Assembly (NCBI GenBank): GCA_027021445.1
Contig: JALUUH010000235.1
Coordinates: 7,646 to 71,645, forward strand
DNA length: 64,000 nt
From: Gammaproteobacteria bacterium
Lineage (GTDB): Bacteria; Pseudomonadota; Gammaproteobacteria; S012-40
Direction: 5' to 3'
A program made the translations under genes and the position numbers. Position 1 is the first letter of the stretch. Each line of letters starts with the position of its first letter. Below, one piece after another: positions 8,860-19,335 of the stretch. The notes beneath the pieces are model-generated. The model did not search any database and was not told where the DNA came from. It was given only the letters and a program-made list of their open reading frames with translations.

Positions 8860-10371
8860 TTATTTGATATCGCTAATTTTTATACGCCATTCTTTTGGGC
8901 CAAGGGTATGAATAGATTGACCCTGGCTATCGACCGCAACTGTGATGGGCATATCTTCGACCATAAATTCATGGATCGCTTCCATGCCGAGTTCTGGAAA
9001 CGCGATGATCTTCGCGCTCTTAATCGCTTTTGATACCAAGTAAGCCGCTCCCCCAGTCGCAATTAAATAAACCGCTTTATGATTTTTAATCGATTCAATG
9101 GCAATCGATCCACGCTCCGCTTTACCAATCATGCCGAGCAAGCCTGTTTTAGCGAGCAGGGTATCGGTAAATTTGTCCATGCGTGTTGCTGTGGTGGGGC
9201 CAGCAGGGCCAATCACTTCATCATTTACGGCGTCAACAGGTCCTACATAGTAAATAAAACGCCCGTTAAAATCCAAGCCTGCGGGCAGGGCTTCGTTGTT
9301 AGCGATTAATTCCACGAGGCGTTTATGTGCGGCATCACGTCCGGTAAAAATACGTCCATTAAGTAGCAATGTTTCACCCGGTTTCCACGATTGCACATCT
9401 TTTGGTTTGATCTCATCAAGATTTACCCGTCGCGAACTCGCACCGGCTTCCCAGGTGACTTGGGGCCAGGATTTTAGTGAAGGCGGTTGCAAATTCGCTG
9501 CGCCACTGCCATCAAGGGTAAAATGAATATGCCGTGTTGCTGCACAATTTGGAATCATTGCAACAGGTTTCGATGCTGCGTGGGTGGGATAGTCCAAGAT
9601 CTTCACATCCAAAACCGTGGTTAAGCCACCTAGCCCTTGTGCGCCTATGCCGAGTTTATTCACCCGCGTGTAAATATCGAGTCTCAATTCTTCTAACGAA
9701 GTTTGCGGGCCACGGGCTTTCAATTCATGTATATCAATTACTGACATCAGCGACTCTTTGGCAAGTAACATTGCTTTTTCAGCAGTACCTCCAATGCCTA
9801 TGCCGAGCACCCCCGGAGGGCACCAACCGGCACCCATACCCGGTAACGTATCCAGTACCCATTGCGCGATGTCATCGGAAGGATTTAGCATCACTAACTT
9901 GGATTTATTTTCTGAGCCGCCGCCTTTGGCTGCTACAGTTATGTTCACTTTATTGCCGGCTACTATTTTGCTATGGATAACTGCGGGGGTATTGTCTCCG
10001 GTGTTGTTACGAGTGCCAGAGGGGTCAGTGACGATAGATGCGCGTAATGGGTTGGTTGTGTTCATATAGGCGTTGTGCACACCTTCGTTTACTAGCTCGT
10101 CGAGTGTACGTGAGGTGTCCCATTGCACATTCATTCCCACTTCAAGAAAAACTACAACAATCCCTGTGTCCTGGCAAAGTGGGCGATGACCTTCGGCGCA
10201 CATTCGAGAATTGATTAAAATTTGCCCGATTGCATCCTTGGCCGCAGGAGAGATTTCTTTTTCGTAGGCATTGGCTAATGAGTGGATAAAATCCTCTGGA
10301 TGGTAATAAGAGATGTATTGCAAAGCATCCGCAATACTATCAATGAAATCTTGTTGTTTAATGATGGTCAT
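8860..10371 (-). CDS. fumA: Class I Fe-S fumarate hydratase
   Basis: PLCQDTG, KGGGSEN, GRDAAH and GPTTATRMD motifs. Confidence 0.95.
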   Translation of the reverse strand: MTIIKQQDFIDSIADALQYISYYHPEDFIHSLANAYEKEISPAAKDAIGQILINSRMCAEGHRPLCQDTGIVVVFLEVGMNVQWDTSRTLDELVNEGVHNAYMNTTNPLRASIVTDPSGTRNNTGDNTPAVIHSKIVAGNKVNITVAAKGGGSENKSKLVMLNPSDDIAQWVLDTLPGMGAGWCPPGVLGIGIGGTAEKAMLLAKESLMSVIDIHELKARGPQTSLEELRLDIYTRVNKLGIGAQGLGGLTTVLDVKILDYPTHAASKPVAMIPNCAATRHIHFTLDGSGAANLQPPSLKSWPQVTWEAGASSRRVNLDEIKPKDVQSWKPGETLLLNGRIFTGRDAAHKRLVELIANNEALPAGLDFNGRFIYYVGPVDAVNDEVIGPAGPTTATRMDKFTDTLLAKTGLLGMIGKAERGSIAIESIKNHKAVYLIATGGAAYLVSKAIKSAKIIAFPELGMEAIHEFMVEDMPITVAVDSQGQSIHTLGPKEWRIKISDIK

Positions 10372-10490
10372 AGTCTATCCCTAAGCATTGCTAAAACACA
10401 GTCGTTTGCGACACGGTTTAGATGCAATATTCGTGAAATGCTCAAATGATCTGGCTTCTGGATTAGGTTTCATTTGCTACAATGAACTGA

Positions 10491-11009
10491 GTGAATAAAA
10501 AAGGCAGCACTAAAAGCATGCAAGCCCAACGCAAATCAATTTACATCTTATTATTGAGTCTCATCATAACATTAATATTATTTGCTGCTGGTCAGGCCAA
10601 AGCTGCTGCGGTGGATTTTCAGTTAGCGGATGTTGATGGCATAGAACACCGACTATCGGATTATCGCGGCTATTGGGTTGTAGTAAACTACTGGGCGACT
10701 TGGTGTGCGCCGTGTCGCGACGAAATGCCGGATCTCCAGCAATTCCACAATGCGTACCAAAACAGAGCCAAAAACAAAGCCATTGTTATTGGGATTAATA
10801 TGGAAGAAGCTGTCGACGAAGAAATCCGCGAGTTTATTAAACACTTCAAAATCACCTACCCCAACTTGCTCACCGAAGTAGAGCGTAAAGGGCCGCTGGG
10901 AGAGATTTCGGGATTACCAACAACGTTTGTTATTTCACCTAAAGGCGAAGTGGTTAAACGCATTTTGGGCCGTGTAGACATGAACGAAATCATCGAATTA
11001 GTGGATTAA
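10491..11009 (+). CDS. TlpA-family thiol-disulfide oxidoreductase
   Basis: NYWATWCAPC motif, cis-Pro LPTT, N-terminal membrane anchor. Confidence 0.9.
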   Translation: MNKKGSTKSMQAQRKSIYILLLSLIITLILFAAGQAKAAAVDFQLADVDGIEHRLSDYRGYWVVVNYWATWCAPCRDEMPDLQQFHNAYQNRAKNKAIVIGINMEEAVDEEIREFIKHFKITYPNLLTEVERKGPLGEISGLPTTFVISPKGEVVKRILGRVDMNEIIELVD

Positions 11010-11161
11010 TTTAAAACAAGAGAAAGTAATAATATGTTAAGTATATCAATCTCTTAAAGATTTTTTATTGGTTTGAGCATGCAGTTTTTTGTTTTCTAAA
11101 GCCTCCCCTAAGCGAAGTGAAATAAACTACCTATCCTTCCACTATCTCAGAGTATTTCATT

Positions 11162-11632
11162 ATGCAGAGAGCAACTCTCGGATTATTATTCTTACTGTTG
11201 CCTATTTCTTCTAGCGCCGCAGTTTGCGACCAGGTGTGGTTTCATTTAGCCGGAGTTTCCAAGCACATAGAAGTTTATGAACCCAATCAATATACTCGTT
11301 ATAAACGTCAAACGCATCCAGGAGCGGGTCTGGAATGTCAATTGGGTAAATACAATCTATCGGCCGGTGAGTTTAAGAATAGTTTAGATCGGCCGTTTCG
11401 ATATGCAACCGCTGCCAAAGACATATTTTCGATTAAAGAACTAAAATTATATGCCGGAGTTTTAGCAGGTGAATATGGGCGTACTGAACTTGAGCCTTTA
11501 CGCCTAGTAAGCCCCGTTGTTTATTTAGAATATCATTATAAATATTTGGGTATTAATTTGTTTGCTTTACCGCCTGCCCGAGGTTTTAACGACTACGCCA
11601 TCTTTTTTGCACAATTTAAAGTAGGGTTCTAG
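11162..11632 (+). CDS. Small outer-membrane beta-barrel-like hypothetical protein (PagP-like)
   Basis: Signal peptide, amphipathic strands, FKNS motif, ends QFKVGF. Confidence 0.65.
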   Translation: MQRATLGLLFLLLPISSSAAVCDQVWFHLAGVSKHIEVYEPNQYTRYKRQTHPGAGLECQLGKYNLSAGEFKNSLDRPFRYATAAKDIFSIKELKLYAGVLAGEYGRTELEPLRLVSPVVYLEYHYKYLGINLFALPPARGFNDYAIFFAQFKVGF

Positions 11633-11745
11633 GGTCTGTTAATTACTGAGAACTAATGGTCAGTTTTTTGAGTTTCATCTAATACTTCCTAAACTCTGGA
11701 CGACTAATGTCCTACATTATAACGCTGTGATTTTAATAGCGTTAT

Positions 11746-14700
11746 ATGGCAGATAGATCCGTCTGTGCAGAGCATAAAGGTTGTATGTTGTATATGGAAG
11801 CTGCGAATAACTTACTGAAGTTCTTGTTCTTTATCTTCATAAGTTTTGCCATACCTATGCTGGTCTCGGTACAGGCGGAAGTCATAAATGGTGTGGCGAA
11901 AAAAATACAACATATGCCAAACCAAATTTTAGTACGTTTTAAATCAGACGTCTCAACAGCCGGTATTATCTCTTCTCATGGAAACAAAAAATTATCTTCC
12001 GAGCATAGCTTTAAAAATTTTGTAGGTTTAAAAATTTTTAAACTACCACCAGGTCGTGATATCCAAACTGCGATTGCGCATTACCAAAGTAATCCAAATG
12101 TATTGTATGCAGAGCCTGATTATATCGTCGGACTGGATGTGACCAATGACCCAGCCTTTGCCAATTTATGGGGTTTGAATAACACGGGTCAAGTCGTTAA
12201 TGGAACGGCTGGAATAGTAGACGCAGACATTAATGTTGTCGAAGCCTGGGCTAATACGGGTGTTACCGGGAGTAATAGTGTTGTCATCGCTGTGATTGAT
12301 ACCGGTGTGCAATATGACCACCCAGATTTAGCGGCTAACATGTGGATCAATCCAGCCGAGATTGCCGGCAATGGTATTGACGATGACGGTAACGGCTATA
12401 TTGATGATGTATATGGTATCAATGCGATTACTAATTCTGGTGACCCTATGGACGATCACGGTCACGGCACACATGTCGCGGGTACGATTGCGGGCGTTGG
12501 AAACAATTCAGTGGGTCTTACCGGGGTCAATCAACGAGCGAAAATCCTTGCCTGTAAATTTTTAAACTCTGCCGGAAGTGGTACCAATTCTGATGCATTG
12601 AAATGTCTTGATTATATTTACGAGCTTAAAGCTCAGGGTATTAATATAATCTTGAGTAATAATTCCTGGGGTGCGGCTGGAGCAGGAAGTCAATCAATTG
12701 ATGATGCGATTGCAATGCATCGCCAGCAGGGTATTCTATTTGTCGCCGCAGCTGGCAATTCCAATTCAAATAATGATGCTTCAGGTTATTATCCAACAAA
12801 CTATTATCAAGCCAATATTATTTCAGTCGCTGCAACCGATCAAAATGATGGCAAAGCGTCATTCTCAAGTTATGGTCGCCGTACCGTTGATGTGGGTGCG
12901 CCGGGAGTGAATATCTACAGTTCGATTATTGGAAACAATTATGCTTATCAACAAGGCACTTCCATGGCTACACCGCATGTTTCTGGTTTAATTGCATTGC
13001 TTAGTGCAGAAGACCCCTCGCGAGATTGGAAGGTATTAAAGAATCTTGTTATTAGTAGTGGTACTTCGGTGCCATCACTGGCCAGCAATACCACTACCGG
13101 GCGGCGTATACGCGCATGGGATAATGACGGTACCGGCGCAATGACATGTAGCCAGCAAAACGTTGCAGCTGTGATCTCACCATATTTAGCGACGTCCACC
13201 AAGATCGCAGGAACCCACTTGGGACTTGCCGCAATGAATATTCAATGTGCTTCTCCTGCGGGTACGGTTGATGTCATTACGACAGGCCCGAGTGCCGCTG
13301 CAGTTGTCACCCTGCTAGATGATGGCCAAGGTTTTGATCAAGCAGTAGGAGATGGTATTTACTCGGGTTATTGGACAGCACCTACAACCACAGGTGTGTA
13401 TACCTTAACGTTTGATAACGGACAAATACAAACGGTTACCGTAACGGCAAACAACAGTGTGCGCCAAGTTCTTTATCGTGCGCCGTTAGAAATAGCCTAT
13501 AGCCCACGAATAAGTGTCAATGGTTATAGTGAAATATCAGATATTGGTTACATCTCTCTCGATGGATATACCGCTTACTATAGTCTTCCCATTGGCGGTG
13601 TTGCCACGGCTGCTATTTATGCCATTCCACAAGGGGCTAACCTGCTCAACATACCTACTGGGTCGCAGTTCACAGGAGTAAATACTCATCTCGCAAATGA
13701 TGTTTATGAAACCCTGATTGCGGGTTACTGGGATGATCTCGATGTATTAACATCAGGTTATGGTTTAAGAGCCTGGTGGTCATATAATGCGGGTGATACA
13801 CCTATCGGTGAAGCCGTATTTGAATGGAAAGCGCGACACAAGGTAAGTGGCAATCCCGTTCAATTTCAGATTGTGTATACCGCAAATTCGTCCGATATTG
13901 AAATGCACTATATTGCAACCGACAATAATGGTGAGTCGGCTACCGTAGGTGCTCAAGTCAATTGGGCAAAAGCCACTAGCCAAAATTTTAATACCATTAA
14001 TTTAGATCTTGCTGCAAACAAAGCATGGAAGTGGCGACTTGATACCGGAGCGCCTGCCGCAAATGCAGGTGTGGATCAAAGTGTTGATGGTTTTACTATG
14101 GTAAGCTTAGCAGGCTCGGGAAGCGATCCTGATAACGGCGCATTAGCTTATAGTTGGACTCAAATTAGTGGTACATCTGTTACTCTTAACAATGCGAATA
14201 CAGCCACGCCAAGTTTCAATGCGGCAAATATTTCTGAATCGTTAATTTTTCAATTAACCGTGACCGATGACGCAGGACAAGCCGCAACGGATGCAATGAA
14301 TGTGTTAGTCAGCAAAAGTATTTCCCCAGGTAGTTTGCAATTTTCCGTGGCAAACTACGTCGTTAATGAAAAAGACTCTCAGGCTAGCATTGCCGTCACC
14401 CGAACTAATGGTGTTACTGGCAGCGTATCAGTGAGCTATGCAACAGCAGAAAATACCGCCACTATGGATAGCGACTACACTTCCACATCAGGAACTTTAA
14501 CGTGGTTAGATGATGATAGTATGGATAAAACATTTGTTATTCCAATTATTAACGATACCGATGAAGAAGGTAGTGAAACGCTGACATTAAACCTCAGTGC
14601 TGTAACCGGTGGTGCAAGTTTGGGAAGTAGTATCGCAATACTAACTATTGTGGATGATGATGCGTTACCAGCAACTTCGGTGGAATCAGACATTCTAGAA

Positions 14701-15540
14701 TTATCGGCAAGCACTTATAGCATCAAGGAAAATGCAGGTAGTGTTGATATTATCATTACGCGAAGCGGCGACAGTTTAGATGGTGCAAGCATTGCCTATG
14801 CAACAACAGATTCTAACGCAGAATTTGGCGCCGTAGCAGATGTTGACTATGCAGCAAACGCGGGCACATTACATTGGACTGAGGATGATAAGCAAAGTAA
14901 AACTATTACACTTGATATAATCGACAATCGTTTATTCGAAGGAGATAAAACATTTGATTTTGTTTTATCAAATGTAATAGGTGCAAACCTAGGCGTGGCT
15001 ACAGCACGCATAACGATCGTTGACGATGAGAGTGAATCTGTGGTCACAAACCAAATACCTGAAGCACCGGTTCTTATGGCACCCGCCAATATGAATGAGG
15101 GTATTGATCCCCGTGTGGTCACTTTTGAATGGAAGGCGGTAATCGACCCTGATGGTGATGAGGTCACATACCTTTTAGAATACTGCACCGATTCAGAGTT
15201 TATGCAATGCGATGCGAATCAAACAGCACGGCTTATCTCTGCGCAACCCACATCGTTAATTGCCGATTTCGGTGGTAGTTTAGGCGCCGGGCTAATCATG
15301 TTTGGTTTGATCGGCGTAACTACGCGTAAGCAACAACTTAAAACCGCTAGCGCCATCATTCTGGTATCATTTTTTATCTCGGCATGTGGCACCAATATTC
15401 CCCTCATCGGCGCCAATGGTATCGTCAGCCAGATAGAACTCCAGCTGCAAGCCAATACTCACTATTACTGGAAAGTTACAGCCACCGACAGTAATGGCCT
15501 ATCATCAAGCAGTGAAGTGTGGCGTTTTACTACTTTATAG
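11746..15540 (+). CDS. Large secreted S8 (subtilisin-like) serine protease with PKD-like, two Calx-beta and a C-terminal Fn3-like domain
   Basis: Triad IDTG / HGTHVAG / GTSMATP; prodomain YAEPDY; ANAGVDQ PKD-like start; Calx-beta IINDTDEEGSET and IVDDD/E. Confidence 0.93.
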   Translation: MADRSVCAEHKGCMLYMEAANNLLKFLFFIFISFAIPMLVSVQAEVINGVAKKIQHMPNQILVRFKSDVSTAGIISSHGNKKLSSEHSFKNFVGLKIFKLPPGRDIQTAIAHYQSNPNVLYAEPDYIVGLDVTNDPAFANLWGLNNTGQVVNGTAGIVDADINVVEAWANTGVTGSNSVVIAVIDTGVQYDHPDLAANMWINPAEIAGNGIDDDGNGYIDDVYGINAITNSGDPMDDHGHGTHVAGTIAGVGNNSVGLTGVNQRAKILACKFLNSAGSGTNSDALKCLDYIYELKAQGINIILSNNSWGAAGAGSQSIDDAIAMHRQQGILFVAAAGNSNSNNDASGYYPTNYYQANIISVAATDQNDGKASFSSYGRRTVDVGAPGVNIYSSIIGNNYAYQQGTSMATPHVSGLIALLSAEDPSRDWKVLKNLVISSGTSVPSLASNTTTGRRIRAWDNDGTGAMTCSQQNVAAVISPYLATSTKIAGTHLGLAAMNIQCASPAGTVDVITTGPSAAAVVTLLDDGQGFDQAVGDGIYSGYWTAPTTTGVYTLTFDNGQIQTVTVTANNSVRQVLYRAPLEIAYSPRISVNGYSEISDIGYISLDGYTAYYSLPIGGVATAAIYAIPQGANLLNIPTGSQFTGVNTHLANDVYETLIAGYWDDLDVLTSGYGLRAWWSYNAGDTPIGEAVFEWKARHKVSGNPVQFQIVYTANSSDIEMHYIATDNNGESATVGAQVNWAKATSQNFNTINLDLAANKAWKWRLDTGAPAANAGVDQSVDGFTMVSLAGSGSDPDNGALAYSWTQISGTSVTLNNANTATPSFNAANISESLIFQLTVTDDAGQAATDAMNVLVSKSISPGSLQFSVANYVVNEKDSQASIAVTRTNGVTGSVSVSYATAENTATMDSDYTSTSGTLTWLDDDSMDKTFVIPIINDTDEEGSETLTLNLSAVTGGASLGSSIAILTIVDDDALPATSVESDILELSASTYSIKENAGSVDIIITRSGDSLDGASIAYATTDSNAEFGAVADVDYAANAGTLHWTEDDKQSKTITLDIIDNRLFEGDKTFDFVLSNVIGANLGVATARITIVDDESESVVTNQIPEAPVLMAPANMNEGIDPRVVTFEWKAVIDPDGDEVTYLLEYCTDSEFMQCDANQTARLISAQPTSLIADFGGSLGAGLIMFGLIGVTTRKQQLKTASAIILVSFFISACGTNIPLIGANGIVSQIELQLQANTHYYWKVTATDSNGLSSSSEVWRFTTL

Positions 15541-15693
15541 CAATTATGCAGCATCTTTATCTTTTGCTCCCAATCTGACAGTAGTATGCTCATGTTACGG
15601 GTTTAATCAGCCTTGTAATCGCAGATTGATATGCTAGCTTGCTTATTCTTAGCTTAATGGGCTCACCAATGGATTGAATTATACTTCTTCGAT

Positions 15694-16110
15694 ATGTCGT
15701 TAATAAAAACACTCTCAGCTTACATCGCAATTTTCCTGATGGCGGCGTCCCTTTTGGCTATCTTGGTGGATGGCGTTGCGATCATACTTGCGTATATTTC
15801 GATGGTATTTGCATTGCTTGCAGCGGGTATAAAGAAAAAGTATTTGCTTGCAACCTATGGTGTGTTGTTTGTGGCGGCGCATTTTATCCTGATTTGGCGG
15901 ATTAGCAGCGATATCACAAGACCGCCTCATCACTCGGTAAAACAGGTGCCACATACTCCAGAGGTGTTTATAAAATGCAGCAATGAAATGTTTAAACGTT
16001 TTAAGCTAGACCAGATTTTACCGGGTACTGCAGATAACAAAAAGAGTGAAAAAAGTACAAAAATGAAAAAATGGCTCGATGAGTGCCTGCTTAATAATGG
16101 TTTACCGTAA
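15694..16110 (+). CDS. Hypothetical membrane protein
   Basis: Hydrophobic N-terminal half followed by a soluble tail with two Cys. Confidence 0.6.
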   Translation: MSLIKTLSAYIAIFLMAASLLAILVDGVAIILAYISMVFALLAAGIKKKYLLATYGVLFVAAHFILIWRISSDITRPPHHSVKQVPHTPEVFIKCSNEMFKRFKLDQILPGTADNKKSEKSTKMKKWLDECLLNNGLP

Positions 16111-16306
16111 TATATACCCGTGGCGTTTGGGCATTAGTCATTAATAATTGATGGTGAGATTTTTGAACCATTGACGTATCAGTTAAATGGTTTTTCGGTG
16201 TTGATGTTTTATCTGGCATAGTTATTTGACAAATTTGTGTTTCTAGCAAACTATGTGAAAGGCGGTATAGTCCACCAATAAACCATGTTATATAGGAGGA
16301 ATTTAA

Positions 16307-16699
16307 GTGATTAAACGTAACTTGATATTATGTGTTTCATTCGCTTTGTTAGTGTTTGCTCAGCAAGGACTTGCATCGCCAGCAGCGGGTGCTAGTGATT
16401 CGGTAAGGACAATGGCAACAATATTAAAATTTTTGAATCATTTTCCTGATGATGATGGTAAAGCAAAGTTGAACAAAATTATCGGAAGTTCGGATGCTTT
16501 GGCAGCTGAAAAAACGGTGGCTTCAGCGATACTTAATTTGCAGCATAGTGCTTCTTCATCCGATAAGAAAAAGCTTTCGAAAGTAATGTCGGACAATTCT
16601 GCGTCACAAGCTGTGCGTGATCTCGCAAATATAGTACATAATTTGAATCACAAGCCTTCGTCATCAGATAAGGCCATTTTGAAAAAATATAGTTGGTAA
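16307..16699 (+). CDS. Secreted helical-repeat protein with three His-containing 35-aa repeats
   Basis: AGGAGGA RBS, GTG start, signal peptide, LNH/LQH/LNH at exact 35-aa spacing. Confidence 0.8.
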   Translation: MIKRNLILCVSFALLVFAQQGLASPAAGASDSVRTMATILKFLNHFPDDDGKAKLNKIIGSSDALAAEKTVASAILNLQHSASSSDKKKLSKVMSDNSASQAVRDLANIVHNLNHKPSSSDKAILKKYSW

Positions 16700-16723
16700 A
16701 GCACCCTCTAGTAAAAATGAATA

Positions 16724-16762
16724 AGGAACAGAGCGTTTTTAGCTTTGTTCCTCTGCTTTTTT
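16724..16762 (+). terminator. Probable intrinsic terminator
   Basis: AGGAACAGAGC/GCTTTGTTCCT stem followed by a T-run. Confidence 0.5.
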
Positions 16763-16914
16763 AATAAACCCTAAATCTGAGCGCTATCTTTCTCTGTGAT
16801 TATTATGACGCGATGGTCTAATTAGAAGCTATCTTGTTATTTTCTCTAACTATATTATAAGAAAAATAATATGCCTATTCACTCGATAGCGATGTATCGT
16901 TTACCGGCTTTGAC

Positions 16915-17550
16915 TTGTTAGGCCATGCGCAATATCGATTAGAACATCCGAAAAATAAACGATATTTTCCTTTTTTTATGGATGAGATTATAGGCGGAGA
17001 TTATACTCAGCCTTTGGCGGTCATGAAGGGCAGACTTGCTCCTGATGGTTTTTCGATTGGAACCTTGTTTTCTACACTATGTGCGCAAGTTATTTTTGAT
17101 CGTTCAACAGTAGCTAGCGTTTCTGCGCTTCCGATACACCCGGCGCTGATTGTGAGGGAATTGAGTGCGTATGAGAGTTTGGATCGAATTTGTGAGCGTT
17201 GGCATACGGGAAATACGACGCGAGTTCATATTACCAACCAGCTTATTGATATTCCGGTGTTAGTACTTGCTGGAGAATTTGATATTCGTACTCCCTCAGC
17301 AGATGCTCAAGAAGTTTCAGGCATGTTAGATAATTCATATTTTGTTGAAATCCCTCGTGGTGGGCATGGAGTATTAGGTGATAGATGCGCGCGTGAAATG
17401 AGAATAGAATTTTTATCCGACCCATCAGCACAACCAAGTACGCAATGTGTGGACGAAGTTACAGCGTTTATATTATCTAAATCAATATTGCAGTTACCTA
17501 AAGAAAGAAATTTACAGGAAGGTCAATTTAGATGGCCTTATATCAGATGA
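16915..17550 (+). pseudogene. C-terminal fragment of a TAP-like alpha/beta hydrolase
   Basis: IPVLVLAGEFDIRTP and GGHG acid/His motifs present; nucleophile GxSxG region absent; in-frame stop just upstream. Confidence 0.65.
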
Positions 17551-17620
17551 CGATGAGATGCCAATCGGGGAAATTGTTGCGTGCCCATTCCTAAGAACAT
17601 CACTACTCAGCCTTAACGCT

Positions 17621-18526
17621 ATGCCTAATACACTGGTCCATATTGGAATACAGGGGTTAACAACCCGAGCGATAATAAAAAATTCAGATTTTATATGGAT
17701 ATATATTGCTGTTGTGATCCCTGACTTGCCTTGGATTTTACAGAGGCTTGTGCAAGCGCTGGGGGTCGATGTAAACCCTTTTGACTTGAGGCAGTATGTT
17801 ATTGTACAAGCGAGTTTTTTTTTCTGTATATTGTTAAGTGCTGCATTGAGCAGCTTAACTCACGCTAGAATAAAGACATTTTTCATTCTGGTGCTTGGTT
17901 CCCTCGTACACTTATTAATAGATGCGACTCAAATAAAATGGGCTAACGGTGTGCATTTGTTTGCTCCTTTTGATTGGAGTTTGCTGAATTTTGGTTGGTA
18001 TTGGCCTGATAGTACAGCAACCTATGTATTCACAGTTTTTGGGTTGGTTTATTTTTTAATAATGATGTGCAGTAGTGTTCGGGTTTCAATTGGTTTGTCA
18101 TTTAAAGGCGGAAAGATATGGATAGCAAGTGGTATCGTGTTTTGTTATTTTGCATTGCCGTTGCTGTTTATTGATAAGCCTTTTGCGGCGGATAATCATT
18201 ATGTGAAAACGTTATTTGAAAAGAGTGAAAGAGTAGGAAATTATGTTGAATTTGACCGCAACAAAGTATTTATTAAAGATGGATCGGCCTACCTGAAAAC
18301 GTTTTCAGGAGAAGATATCATGTTGCAGGCATTAAAAGTTGATGCGGCGGGAACTTATTCAATTAAGGGTGAGTTCAGTGCCTTAGATATAGTTGTTGTT
18401 AAAGACTTTCACCAGCATACCGCAGGTTTTAGAGATATTGCTACATACATTGGTTTATTGTTGATAGTTGGTATGTTAATCGGTAATGTTTTGGGTTTTA
18501 AGAGTTTAAGAAATGTTAAAAATTGA
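17621..18526 (+). CDS. Membrane-bound metal-dependent hydrolase-like protein (YdjM-like motifs)
   Basis: MPNTLVH, IPD and HLLID motifs, several TM helices; start moved to 17621. Confidence 0.7.
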   Translation: MPNTLVHIGIQGLTTRAIIKNSDFIWIYIAVVIPDLPWILQRLVQALGVDVNPFDLRQYVIVQASFFFCILLSAALSSLTHARIKTFFILVLGSLVHLLIDATQIKWANGVHLFAPFDWSLLNFGWYWPDSTATYVFTVFGLVYFLIMMCSSVRVSIGLSFKGGKIWIASGIVFCYFALPLLFIDKPFAADNHYVKTLFEKSERVGNYVEFDRNKVFIKDGSAYLKTFSGEDIMLQALKVDAAGTYSIKGEFSALDIVVVKDFHQHTAGFRDIATYIGLLLIVGMLIGNVLGFKSLRNVKN

Positions 18527-18589
18527 TCGGCGACAGAGTGTCGCTATTGAGAGTAATTTTATAGCAATGTTTTATATTAGAGAATAAAG

Positions 18590-19285
18590 ATGAAAAAAAC
18601 AATTCTGATCACAGGTAGTAATCGCGGTATAGGTCTAGAACTCGCTCGTCAGTATTCAGTGGCAGGTTGGCATGTTCATGCTTGTTGTCGAAAACCCAGC
18701 GCGGCGGATTCATTAAATTCATTGGCGAGTGGAAACAATAATATGCATATTCATTCGTTAGATGTGACTAATCTTGAGCAAATTGAATCCCTTTCAAAAA
18801 AATTATTGGATGTTCCTATTGATATCCTTTTTAATAATGCGGGTGTATACGGACCGTATGATGCGTATTTTGGGAATGTTGATGAACAAGAATGCCTGCA
18901 ATGCATGCGTGTTAATACGATTGCACCGCTTAAAATGATTGAAAACTTTGTTGGGCATGTTGGTCGTAGCCAGCTAAAACTTGTGGCCTCTATGAGTAGT
19001 AAAATGGCGAGTATGAGTGACAACGGGTCGGGCGGAAGTTATATCTATCGTGCATCAAAAGCCGCGCTCAATGCGATGATGAAAAGTGCAGCGATTGATC
19101 TTAAATCTAAGAATATTAAAGTCGCTATATTACACCCTGGCTGGGTGCGTACAGATATGACGGGGCCTGCTGCAGAGATAACAACAGAGGAAAGCGTTAC
19201 CCAGTTGGTGAAAAATATGGAAGCTGTTACCTTAGAGAGTAGTGGAAGCTTTTATGATATCGATGGAAGCATTATTTCGTGGTGA
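18590..19285 (+). CDS. SDR oxidoreductase, C-factor (CsgA)-like
   Basis: TGSNRGIG, NNAG, YRASKAALN and LHPGWVRTDM motifs. Confidence 0.92.
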   Translation: MKKTILITGSNRGIGLELARQYSVAGWHVHACCRKPSAADSLNSLASGNNNMHIHSLDVTNLEQIESLSKKLLDVPIDILFNNAGVYGPYDAYFGNVDEQECLQCMRVNTIAPLKMIENFVGHVGRSQLKLVASMSSKMASMSDNGSGGSYIYRASKAALNAMMKSAAIDLKSKNIKVAILHPGWVRTDMTGPAAEITTEESVTQLVKNMEAVTLESSGSFYDIDGSIISW

Positions 19286-19335
19286 TCCTTTAGACATTTA
19301 GATATGGTTAAGAGGGTCTTTATAATAAAAAATGA

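Noticed and set aside
11629-11640. CTAGGGTCTGTT (and GCTCCTAG at 38881) as further MITE copies
   Set aside because: Too short to distinguish from chance, although similar to the family arm
17447-17620. Extended start of the membrane hydrolase overlapping the upstream fragment
   Set aside because: The family-like N-terminus starts at MPNTLVH (17621)
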